DNA from: Spirochaetia bacterium
Lineage (GTDB): Bacteria; Spirochaetota; Spirochaetia; DSM-27196; Salinispiraceae
NCBI GenBank assembly: GCA_038204425.1
Contig: JBBRCZ010000001.1
Span: forward strand, 224,001 to 288,000
Length of the DNA: 64,000 nt
Reading direction: 5' to 3'
Positions 38,507-47,147 of this stretch are shown here, piece by piece. Made by a program: the position numbers and the translations under genes. Below the pieces are notes generated by a model that was not told the DNA's origin, did not search any database, and saw only the letters and a list, made by a program, of their open reading frames with translations. Position 1 is the first letter of the stretch. Each line of letters starts with the position of its first letter.

Positions 38507-39507
38507 TCCCAGTTTCCATTAATTTCTGGATCGGCAGGAAAATTGATCTTCCTGAAGTAGAGAAACCATGTTGGAATAAAGGCATTCCAACCCCACGTCT
38601 TCAAATAAGCCTCTTGCGAATTTGAGTTTGCGTCAAGTCCATTGGCAAAGTAGAGCTGTGAACTATTTTCTATAAAACGTTTAAGATCGTAACTCACTTG
38701 GCTATTAAAATCTGCCTTTTCTTGTAACCAACTCATAGAAAAGAAATTGACTTTGGCTTGTAGTTCCAATATTCGAATGGTGTCTTTCTGCGAAAGTGCG
38801 CTGCGCACTTCGCTTACTAATCGATCGAGAGAAGTTCTTGTCCACTCAGGGTTTGATTGCGATACCGACAAAAGCTCTCTAACTCTTTGTTCTTCATTTA
38901 CCTTGCCTGGAATTTGCGTGCCTGGAAAAGCTAAGTAATGTCGATAGGCCGCAAAGGATTCTTGATAGTCACCATTTTCCTCATAGGCTTTAGCCAGTTG
39001 ATAGTTGATCAATCCATGATCAATCTTTTTTGGAAATCTGCTTAAAAGTAGATTTAAAAGCTCAATTCTGAGGCTGGGGTCGATGCTAAAGTTTAGAACC
39101 TTTTGAATCGATTTAAATTGCACTGACTTGCCCTTAATTTCTACGTCCAAGGGTGCCTTAATGGCCCACTCGTAGTAGAAGCTCGCCAATTCTTCTTGAC
39201 CGGATTGGCTCTTCATACTGGCTACCAGATAGCGGTAGTAAGATTCAAAAGGGTCGTTTGGGTGACTTGCTAAGTAACGAGTTAAGTATGGTGTTATTTG
39301 CTCAACCAAATTTCGAGAAGACAAACTTTCAATAGCCTGCTCGATTATGACTGTTTTTTCTTGATAGGAACCAGAACCTTCTATGATGGAAAAAAGGGAA
39401 TCAAGATTTTGAGTACTCTGTATGTCGATATTTCCTTCCAATAGAGTACCATATCCACTACAAGCATGCAGAAATAAGAAGATAGCTAAAGTCCATAAAA
39501 TTCTCAT
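38470..39507 (-). CDS. TPR lipoprotein
   Basis: Lipobox FLHAC; TPR-like YQLAKAYEENGDYQES..AY..YL; ATG 39507 chosen from promoter position. Confidence 0.75.
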   Translation of the reverse strand: MRILWTLAIFLFLHACSGYGTLLEGNIDIQSTQNLDSLFSIIEGSGSYQEKTVIIEQAIESLSSRNLVEQITPYLTRYLASHPNDPFESYYRYLVASMKSQSGQEELASFYYEWAIKAPLDVEIKGKSVQFKSIQKVLNFSIDPSLRIELLNLLLSRFPKKIDHGLINYQLAKAYEENGDYQESFAAYRHYLAFPGTQIPGKVNEEQRVRELLSVSQSNPEWTRTSLDRLVSEVRSALSQKDTIRILELQAKVNFFSMSWLQEKADFNSQVSYDLKRFIENSSQLYFANGLDANSNSQEAYLKTWGWNAFIPTWFLYFRKINFPADPEINGNWEWAGIFFGDSLQ

Positions 39508-39612
39508 CGCAAGCAATAGTAGTCAGAAAAGCTAATCTACTCAAGCTTTTGCTTTTGCTTTTTTTTTCATTTGAGTTTATGTTTAGTCAAAGTACAGCAA
39601 GGAGCTAACCTT

Positions 39613-40110
39613 ATGAAGATTTCGGCAGACGCACAAGCGTCAATCAATAGTCAAATTAAAGAAGAGTTTGAATCGGCGTTTATCTATTTGTCCATGGAAG
39701 CATGGTTTTCGGCGAAAGACCTAGGCGGTTTTGCGTCATGGATGAGAGTACAGTATCGGGAGGAGACCGAGCATGCATTCAAGATGCTTGACTATTTGGT
39801 GCAGCGAGACGGAAGTGCCGAGATTCCAGCTATCGCAAAGGCGCAAGGCGTATGGAAGAGTCCTTTAGAGATTTTTGAAGCCGCGTACAAACATGAGCAG
39901 TACATCACAACAAAGATTTACGCCATTGTCGAAGCAGCGCGCAAAACAGGCGATTTGGCGACCGAGAATTTTTATCGTTGGTTCGTGAGTGAACAAGTAG
40001 AAGAGGAAGCCTCCGCTCTAAGCATTGTGAAACAACTTAAAATCGCCAACGATAATCCAGCTATAATTCTCATGATAGATAGACAATTAGCTGCTCGAGC
40101 AAGAGCTTAG
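39613..40110 (+). CDS. ftnA: Non-heme ferritin
   Basis: QI.EE..SA..YLSM, EE.EHA, HEQ.IT, WFV.EQVEEE ferroxidase residues; AAGGAG RBS. Confidence 0.93.
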   Translation: MKISADAQASINSQIKEEFESAFIYLSMEAWFSAKDLGGFASWMRVQYREETEHAFKMLDYLVQRDGSAEIPAIAKAQGVWKSPLEIFEAAYKHEQYITTKIYAIVEAARKTGDLATENFYRWFVSEQVEEEASALSIVKQLKIANDNPAIILMIDRQLAARARA

Positions 40111-40194
40111 AAAGCTTGACTTTTACGTCAAGCTCACCCATGATGTGAACTGATGAAGTATATAACTTCGTAAATACGAACAAGGAGCATAAGG

Positions 40195-40356
40195 ATGAAG
40201 AAGTACGTATGCCAGGTTTGTGGCTATATTTATGATCCCGCTGAAGGCGATCCAGACAATGGTGTAGCCCCTGGTACAAGCTTTGAAAACATTCCCGAAG
40301 ACTGGGTATGTCCAATGTGTGGAGCTGATAAAACTGACTTTGTTCTCGAAGACTGA
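40195..40356 (+). CDS. Rubredoxin (53 aa)
   Basis: Below the ORF-track cutoff: [62 protein letters not shown]. Confidence 0.97.
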   Translation: MKKYVCQVCGYIYDPAEGDPDNGVAPGTSFENIPEDWVCPMCGADKTDFVLED

Positions 40357-40376
40357 ACAAACTGTTTAAAAAAACG

Positions 40377-40421
40377 AAAGAGCCTGTCCCAGAATAAAAA
40401 TCTGAGACAGGCTCTTTTTTT
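40377..40421. terminator. Intrinsic terminator, probably bidirectional, between rubredoxin and aroC
   Basis: AAAGAGCCTGTC...GACAGGCTCTTT stem with a T-run downstream and an A-run upstream, between convergent genes. Confidence 0.85.
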
Positions 40422-40441
40422 CGTGGTTCGCTTCGCTTATT

Positions 40442-41497
40442 CTATGCTAGCAATGCTGCTTGGCGTTTGTAGGCGTCCTCTAGTACTAAACACACCATAG
40501 CCTCCACGACAGGAATAATACGTGGACAAATACAAGTGTCATGTCTACCTTCTGTTTTGATTTCTGTTTCTTGGCCTTGGATAGTCACGGTTCTTTGAGT
40601 TGAGGATATGGATGAAACAGGTTTTACTACGATTCTAAAAATCAGCTCGGCTCCAGTTGAAATTCCACCAATAATTCCACCAGCGTGATTGCTTATGAAG
40701 CCATTCTTGTCCATCCAGTCATTGTGTTCACTTCCCAGCATGTCTGCCGCTGCAAAGCCAGTTCCAAACTCTATGCCTTTTACCGCACCAATTGAAAGCA
40801 TCGCATGCGCAAGTTCAGCATCAAGTTTGTCAAACACTGGTTCGCCGAGTCCCGCTTGGAGGCCATTTACTCTGCACTCAATAATGCCGCCAGCACTATC
40901 TTGGTTATCTTTTATTGTCGTTAAGCGCTTTACCATTTCATCAGCAGCTACAAGATCGCAGGCTCTTAGTAGATTTTTTTCGATAACCGAGGGGTCGTAC
41001 GTTTGGCACTCCACGCCGGCCACTCGCTTTGAATATGCTATCACCGATACACCGCGTTGCGAGAGCAGTTTGCGGGCTATGGTGCCTGCTGCTACTCTTG
41101 CCGCGGTTTCTCGGCCCGATGCTCGGCCAGACCCACGATAGTCACGTAATCCGTATTTTTTTAAGTAGGTAAAGTCTGCGTGGCCAGGACGAAATTTGTT
41201 TTTAATATCATCATATGCAGAAGGTTGGGCGTCCTGATTGTACAAGATCAAAAGCATGGGTGTACCGGTTGCCTTTCCCTCAAAATGCCCTGAAAGAATA
41301 TGAATTCTGTCTGGTTCTTGACGTGGGGTAGTGATAAAATTTTGGCCTGGTTTTCTTCTATCTAACTGGATTTGAATTTCTTCTTCACTAATCTCAAGGC
41401 CTGGAGTAACACCATCAACAACTACTCCAACTGCGCCACCGTGGGATTCGCCAAAAGTACTAATCTTAAAAACGTGTCCAAAACTACTTCCTGCCAT
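40442..41497 (-). CDS. aroC: Chorismate synthase
   Basis: FGESHG, RPGHAD, RASGRETAARVAAG, GRHD.C. Confidence 0.97.
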   Translation of the reverse strand: MAGSSFGHVFKISTFGESHGGAVGVVVDGVTPGLEISEEEIQIQLDRRKPGQNFITTPRQEPDRIHILSGHFEGKATGTPMLLILYNQDAQPSAYDDIKNKFRPGHADFTYLKKYGLRDYRGSGRASGRETAARVAAGTIARKLLSQRGVSVIAYSKRVAGVECQTYDPSVIEKNLLRACDLVAADEMVKRLTTIKDNQDSAGGIIECRVNGLQAGLGEPVFDKLDAELAHAMLSIGAVKGIEFGTGFAAADMLGSEHNDWMDKNGFISNHAGGIIGGISTGAELIFRIVVKPVSSISSTQRTVTIQGQETEIKTEGRHDTCICPRIIPVVEAMVCLVLEDAYKRQAALLA

Positions 41498-42077
41498 TGA
41501 AATACTCCTCTAGTGAACGCTCGGTTCTTGCTTTAACATCAGGGATATCTAAAAAGTTGCCATCAATTACTATATCCGCTTGCGTATGCGCCAGATCCCG
41601 TCGCTTTGAATAAATTAGTGAAAAACTCTCACGAGGATAATCTTGATCTAAAAAAGCTGGAATACCTGTTTTGATAATTCTAGAATACAAGACAGACTCT
41701 TCTACGTCTATGAAGACTACTACGGTTCCACTGCTCTTGATGATGCTCATCAAGGCAGTGTTCTCCATAGTGCCGCCACCAAGAGAGAGAACATTGCCCA
41801 CTATTTGGTTTGGCATATCGTTTTCTAGGTACTCAAAGGCCCTAAGTTCAAATTCCTTGAAGGTCTTTTGTCCTGCACTTTGGTAAAACGATCGAATACA
41901 GACTGAGTCGTCTAGCACTTCCGAAAGCCCATCGGTTCTAATCAAATCCGCAATGATCTTATCAAGGTCAAAACATCTTAGGCCCAAGTCGTCGGCAAGA
42001 AGACGAGCGACTGATGTCTTGCCGCAATGCTTAAGTCCGGATAGTGCAATGGTGGGCAAATCTACTAATTTTTGCAT
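41484..42077 (-). CDS. aroK: Shikimate kinase
   Basis: GLKHCGKT Walker A, DLD, SLGGG; overlaps the aroC start. Confidence 0.88.
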   Translation of the reverse strand: MQKLVDLPTIALSGLKHCGKTSVARLLADDLGLRCFDLDKIIADLIRTDGLSEVLDDSVCIRSFYQSAGQKTFKEFELRAFEYLENDMPNQIVGNVLSLGGGTMENTALMSIIKSSGTVVVFIDVEESVLYSRIIKTGIPAFLDQDYPRESFSLIYSKRRDLAHTQADIVIDGNFLDIPDVKARTERSLEEYFNGRK

Positions 42078-42116
42078 ATCGACTCATAGCACGAAATCAA
42101 AGCCATGTTAAGTCAA

Positions 42117-42566
42117 TTAGTACAAAACCTCTTTTATGTCCTGTGGGTTAATTCTAAAAATGGAACCTCGGCCTTGTAGAAAGTGATATTTTTCAAACAT
42201 ATGCAGGCTCAATTCATTGTAAAGCAAATGCAAACCAGTTCCGATTCTCTCCACTTCACAATTGACTTTGTGGAATATGCCGTCTTCCCAAGGCGACGGC
42301 AAGGTACCCCTAGTTTCATCAACTTTTACCAACCATTTGTTGTCGACAGTTATTGCTACACTCAATCCAGCTTTGCCGGCTTCCAATAGTTGCTTTAAGA
42401 GCAAAAAACTTTGGTCCCAGTCAAGGCCAAGTTTAGTCATAACTTCTTCATCGGCTTCGATGATATCAGTAATAGGCCGCTTGTCGCGCCCGAGAAATCC
42501 TGTTGCGGTGATAACACCAGCTTGCATATTTTCTTGTGCTTTAATACTATCAAAACTCTGTTTCAT
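42117..42566 (-). CDS. Conserved hypothetical protein immediately downstream of nqrF
   Basis: 149 aa from ATG 42566 with a GAGGAG RBS; motifs GFLG.D.R and H...YHFLQGRGS.FR. Confidence 0.8.
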   Translation of the reverse strand: MKQSFDSIKAQENMQAGVITATGFLGRDKRPITDIIEADEEVMTKLGLDWDQSFLLLKQLLEAGKAGLSVAITVDNKWLVKVDETRGTLPSPWEDGIFHKVNCEVERIGTGLHLLYNELSLHMFEKYHFLQGRGSIFRINPQDIKEVLY

Positions 42567-42584
42567 GGTTAACTCCTCATCCAA

Positions 42585-43709
42585 TCAGGCAAATTTATCA
42601 AAGTAGATATTTTCTTCTTTCATGGAATTTTTACGCATTACATTCATGCATGCGTCAAGCATTCCTGGACTTCCACATAAATAACCTTCTTTGTTCTGTT
42701 CAAGTGGCATCTTTTCTTGCAAGTACGTGTTGAGCACTTCGGTGATTAGACCAGTAGCACCTTCCCATTTTTCGTCGGGCTGGGGTTCAGATAGAGCAGG
42801 AACAAAATGAAAGCGTTCATATTTTTTGTCCAAGTCCCAAAGCCAATCTAAGTAAAACATATCTCGTGTGGTTCGGGCTCCAAAGAAGTACCAAATGTCA
42901 CGTTTGCCCATGGAGCCACTTTCAATCATACCATTAAAAATTGACTTAAATGGAGCCATGCCAGAACCGCCTGCAACACAAATCATAGCTGCGTCGTTGT
43001 CTTTGACATGGAATTCACCTACTGGTGCAACTATGTTAATCTTTTGCCCTTCCTTGAGTAAAGTGTGAACATAACTGGTTACGATGCCGCCTGGCACAAG
43101 CCTAATCAAAAACTCAATATGGGTTTTGAGCTGTGGATGACTAGAAAAAGAGTAGGCACGTTGAGTTGATTCTTTTATATCACCATATGCGGGTACTTCA
43201 AACTGACCGTATTGTCCGGCAATATAGTTGAGTTCTAGTCCTTCTGGCAGCTTCAGAAGTACTTGCTTAATGTCGTGGGTAACGGTGCTAATTTTTTCAA
43301 CGTTACAGCTAAACTTTTTTATGTTAAAAAGTTCTTCAGGAATTTTGATGGCTAAGTCGGTTTTAACTTTGACCTGACAAGACAGATGCACGTTATCTGC
43401 TATCTCTTGTGCATTTAAGTAAGGAAGTTCAGTTGGCAAATGTAGACCAACGTCGCTTTGAATCTGGCACTTACAAGCCCCACATGAACCTCGACCGCCG
43501 CAAGCGGAAGGGACGTAAATTCCCTGTTCTGCGAGAGTCCCAAGCAGTTTGCTTCCGCCTTTAACTAAGAGTTGCTTTTTTCCATCGTTTATATCAATGG
43601 TTACTTCACCATAGTTGTTGACGATACTGTCGGTTATGGAAAGCAAGGCACCCAGGATCGCACTTATAAGTGCAACTACCAAAGGCGCCAAAATTATTGC
43701 TATAGACAC
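42585..43709 (-). CDS. nqrF: NqrF-like NADH-oxidising subunit (TM - 2Fe-2S - FAD - NAD)
   Basis: N-terminal TM; SACGGRGSCGAC...LSCQVKV; RAYS; AGGSGMAP; FFGAR; YLCGSP; DKF. Confidence 0.88.
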   Translation of the reverse strand: MSIAIILAPLVVALISAILGALLSITDSIVNNYGEVTIDINDGKKQLLVKGGSKLLGTLAEQGIYVPSACGGRGSCGACKCQIQSDVGLHLPTELPYLNAQEIADNVHLSCQVKVKTDLAIKIPEELFNIKKFSCNVEKISTVTHDIKQVLLKLPEGLELNYIAGQYGQFEVPAYGDIKESTQRAYSFSSHPQLKTHIEFLIRLVPGGIVTSYVHTLLKEGQKINIVAPVGEFHVKDNDAAMICVAGGSGMAPFKSIFNGMIESGSMGKRDIWYFFGARTTRDMFYLDWLWDLDKKYERFHFVPALSEPQPDEKWEGATGLITEVLNTYLQEKMPLEQNKEGYLCGSPGMLDACMNVMRKNSMKEENIYFDKFA

Positions 43710-43727
43710 GTGCTGTACCTCACTTTC

Positions 43728-44321
43728 TTACTGTACCTTGAGCATGCCGGAAAAACCAATAAATGCCATGGCCATAAAGCCAATCGTGATGAGTGTTATA
43801 CCTGGACCTTGGAGGCCTGCCGGTACAGGATTTTTGTCCACTTTCTTTCTAATGGCCGAAAGTGCCATAATTGCCATCCACCAGCCTATACCTGAACCTA
43901 ATCCAAACGAAATTGATTGAACAAAGTCATAATTCCTGATCTGCATAAACAGAACCGCGCCCAAAATAGCACAATTAACCGTTATGAGAGGCAAAAATAT
44001 TCCTAGACTCATGTACAGGCTTGGAGAAATTCTTTCAATGACCATCTCAAGAACCTGAACAACTGCGGCAATTACAACAATAAAAACAATAAAGGCAAGG
44101 TATTCGATGCCAAGCGGAACAAGTATGAACTTAAGCACTAGCCAGTTAATGGCCACTGTCAAGACCAAGACAATGGTTACAGCTATTCCTAAGCCATTGG
44201 AACTCTTGAAATCTTTTGAAATTGATATGAATGAACACATTCCCAAAAAATTTGCCAAAAGTATATTGGATGTAAAAATAGACGCAAACAAAAGTGTAAT
44301 CGGATCAACAACTGGACTCAT
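43728..44321 (-). CDS. nqrE: NqrE/RnfA-family membrane subunit
   Basis: FLGMCSF and LPLITVNCAILG (both Fe-ligating Cys); AGGAGG RBS; ATGA overlap with nqrD. Confidence 0.88.
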   Translation of the reverse strand: MSPVVDPITLLFASIFTSNILLANFLGMCSFISISKDFKSSNGLGIAVTIVLVLTVAINWLVLKFILVPLGIEYLAFIVFIVVIAAVVQVLEMVIERISPSLYMSLGIFLPLITVNCAILGAVLFMQIRNYDFVQSISFGLGSGIGWWMAIMALSAIRKKVDKNPVPAGLQGPGITLITIGFMAMAFIGFSGMLKVQ

Positions 44322-44950
44322 TTTTTGCCTCCTTGTGTGCTGTCTTTGAGCATCTTGGTTTTTGAAATCCAAAGAAGGATTCCAACTAAGAAAAACGCTG
44401 AAGGAGCCATAACCATAATTGTCCAGTTGTTACCACCGGCAGCAAACTCAAGGGGGAGAATTTGGACACCAAATAAAGTCCCAAAACCTAAGAACTCACG
44501 TACTACGGCAATTAGCATCAAGACCGCCATGTATCCCAAACCACTAGTCAATCCATCCCAGAAACTTAATAGTGGGGGATTGGCTTGGGCATAGGCTTCG
44601 GCACGACCCATGATAATACAGTTGGTTATAATTAGGCCTACATAAGGGCCAAGGTTCTTAGAAACTTCTGGGGCATAGGCTCGTAAAAGAATATCTACGA
44701 TAATTACGTAAAACGCTATTACCATAGTTTGCACTATCATTCTAACCTTGCGCGGAATCAAGTTGTTGATAGCTGATAGGGTAAAACTTGAAAAAGCGGT
44801 AACCAAGGCCACCCCAATGGTCATTATTAGTGTATTTGACAGTAAATTGGTTACTGCCAGCGTGGAACAGATCCCTAAGATTTGTATCAAAATGGGGTTG
44901 TTTGTCCAAACATTGTCTTTTAGTACGGCAATTATTTTATTTTCGCTCAT
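44318..44950 (-). CDS. nqrD: NqrD/RnfE-family membrane subunit
   Basis: NNPI..QILGICSTLAVT, GLIITNCIIMGRAE, APSAFF. Confidence 0.88.
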   Translation of the reverse strand: MSENKIIAVLKDNVWTNNPILIQILGICSTLAVTNLLSNTLIMTIGVALVTAFSSFTLSAINNLIPRKVRMIVQTMVIAFYVIIVDILLRAYAPEVSKNLGPYVGLIITNCIIMGRAEAYAQANPPLLSFWDGLTSGLGYMAVLMLIAVVREFLGFGTLFGVQILPLEFAAGGNNWTIMVMAPSAFFLVGILLWISKTKMLKDSTQGGKK

Positions 44951-45636
44951 TGTACCGCTCCTGAAAGTATGCTCTTGAGGTCGGCAATTGACTTGTTAAC
45001 GAGGTCGCGAACACCGTTAGTAGTCAGGGTAGCTCCGGTGACTCCATCAACAACGTCGTCATTATAGTTCTGGTCGCCAGTACCATCTCCGGCCTTGTAT
45101 CTCAGGATTCCGCTTGCTGGGATAGCTTGGCCATTAAACTGATTATAGAACCATGGTTCACCAATCCGAGCGCCAAGGCCCGGTGTCTCAACTTGAGCCA
45201 GAACTTGCAAACCCTTAAATTGGCTTACTTCACTATTTACCCCGATCGCAAGTGTGATGTTTCCCCAGAGAGCGGGACCTATAAAGGTGCCAGCCCAACG
45301 TGTTTCTTGATTAACAACCGTTCTATAATAGATTTGAAATATCGGGGAGCCACTTTTTCGAGCCTGTTCCAATTGTTGATTGCTTACTTGGGTTAGTTTC
45401 TTGTTTCCATCCAGCGTGAACTTATCTAGGTCTGCAAATAGCTTGAGGATATTGTCTGTATCACTCACCGAATAGCTGATACCCAATGCTGTTAAAATGC
45501 CGTTTGCATCGCTGAGCTTGCGATTCTGCTCGACAATTGGCTTGGTTGCTTCATTGGCAAGTGCCAAAGGAAAAACTAGTACAAAAGTTGCAATAAACGA
45601 AAATATGACCGTGTAGATCAAACTGTTTTTGTTCAT
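44947..45636 (-). CDS. nqrC: NqrC/RnfG-family FMN-binding subunit
   Basis: N-terminal TM; G.ALWG.I; ETPGLGA.I; flavinylation motif DGVTGATLT. Confidence 0.88.
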   Translation of the reverse strand: MNKNSLIYTVIFSFIATFVLVFPLALANEATKPIVEQNRKLSDANGILTALGISYSVSDTDNILKLFADLDKFTLDGNKKLTQVSNQQLEQARKSGSPIFQIYYRTVVNQETRWAGTFIGPALWGNITLAIGVNSEVSQFKGLQVLAQVETPGLGARIGEPWFYNQFNGQAIPASGILRYKAGDGTGDQNYNDDVVDGVTGATLTTNGVRDLVNKSIADLKSILSGAVQ

Positions 45637-46838
45637 GCTTTTACCTCAGCCTTAGGCGCGGCCTTTTTCTTTGCGGGTAGCAGCTCATCCAATAACGCGG
45701 CAAAGGTATTTGCAGTCAGGATGCCAAAGCTTACCCCCTCTGGAAAAGCTGAGAAACAACGAACCACAATAGTTACACCGCCGATTAAAAAACCGTAAAA
45801 CCATTGTGAAAGTGGCTTTTTAGGTGCTGTTACCGGGTCGGTTGCCATAAATACTGCAACAAAAAACAAACTACCCGCCATCATGAAGGCTGCAATGTCA
45901 CTAAGTTGGGCCAGTATGTCTTTTCCACTTGGATCGAGTAGGGGCAACTTGGCCTTCATGAGGCCAGTGTAGTAAAAGATTACAGTCAATATTAGCGCTG
46001 ACAACAAAGTTGAAACTATCATCTTCCAGTTGGCGACTCTGTTCCAGACCAAATAGATGCCAGCCAGTATTATTAAGAAAATAGGACCCTCGCCAATGCT
46101 CCCCACTCTAAGTCCAAAAAACATATTTACAAGATTGTTTTCCTTTAGGTAAGCAAGTGACGCTGGTGGATTCCAATCCGCTCCCAGTCCCCTAAACAGT
46201 TCTAGCGGTGTTGCAGTTGCAATGGCGTCGACTTCTAACTGTCCATTGCCTCGCCATCCGGTATAGGCGCTAACAATGTAAAAGGCGATTACCAAAGCTG
46301 TAGCACCAAGCGAAGTTACAATAACTCTTTTTTTGTCTTCTGGTTTCGCTTTTATTATTAGAAAAGCAACGATTGAGATTATCAAGAAGAATACTGCTTC
46401 GGTCCAAACACTTGGCAAGACTTGGACGTTAATTCCCAATGTTCCTGCAAAGCCTGGGAACATCCAGGTTGTCTGCATCAACAAAGGAAAACTGATGTAG
46501 GTAAACATCCGGCCTGCGATAGCTGGATTAAAAATATTCCGTCCAAATCCGCCGTAAGCTTCTTTTCCAATCAAAATAGCAAAAACGATGCCGACAGCTG
46601 CTACCCACAAAGGTACTGCAGGCGGCAAGGAAAGTGAGAACAGAGCTGCAGTAACCCAAACGGCTTCTGAAACCTTTTTGTTTCGCGATTTTTCCACGAC
46701 CATCTCGGTAAGAATACCCAATAAGAATACTACCGCTGTCACCACAACGCTGCGCCATCCGTAAAGCCAGATAGACCACAGAAAGATGGGTGCCAAAGAG
46801 TAGACGACTTTGCGCATCGGATCCTGTTTAATGAACAC
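45633..46838 (-). CDS. nqrB: NqrB/RnfD-family membrane subunit
   Basis: KE.YGG.G.NIFNPA..GR, DAIATATPL (FMN Thr), GSIGE, FMATDPVT.P, FPEG; GTG start with AAGGAGG. Confidence 0.88.
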   Translation of the reverse strand: MFIKQDPMRKVVYSLAPIFLWSIWLYGWRSVVVTAVVFLLGILTEMVVEKSRNKKVSEAVWVTAALFSLSLPPAVPLWVAAVGIVFAILIGKEAYGGFGRNIFNPAIAGRMFTYISFPLLMQTTWMFPGFAGTLGINVQVLPSVWTEAVFFLIISIVAFLIIKAKPEDKKRVIVTSLGATALVIAFYIVSAYTGWRGNGQLEVDAIATATPLELFRGLGADWNPPASLAYLKENNLVNMFFGLRVGSIGEGPIFLIILAGIYLVWNRVANWKMIVSTLLSALILTVIFYYTGLMKAKLPLLDPSGKDILAQLSDIAAFMMAGSLFFVAVFMATDPVTAPKKPLSQWFYGFLIGGVTIVVRCFSAFPEGVSFGILTANTFAALLDELLPAKKKAAPKAEVKA

Positions 46839-47147
46839 GGTGCCTCCTTGTTCTCAAATAACTACAAATTTTCGTAAAAACATACCCTTTTATTCTACCT
46901 TTTATCGACCTGCTTAGGTAGTGTTTTTTGCACAAAACCGTTTGCACCAAAACACGACTGGGTTAGTCATAAATAGACAAGATCAAGATATGTAATCATG
47001 CTTATTTTATCAATATGAAAAGTGTGATTGGAAGCAAGGATTTGTAAAAATAGTTTAATATAGCTATAGTGATGCCGGCAAATCGTTGCCTTTTATGACT
47101 GATTGTGTCATATTTTACCGGCTTTACTGGAACTAAGGAGTACCTGC

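Noticed and set aside
39555..39583. Phase-variable poly-T tract in the ferritin promoter spacer
   Set aside because: A T9 run in AT-rich intergenic DNA is unremarkable, and a single sequence gives no evidence of length variation.
42585..46838. Canonical Rnf complex
   Set aside because: RnfB and RnfC are absent; the soluble subunit is an NqrF-type FAD/NAD reductase.
47075..47090. Sigma54 promoter upstream of lplA (CCGGCAAATCGTTGCC)
   Set aside because: GG-to-GC spacing is 9 nt rather than the required 10.
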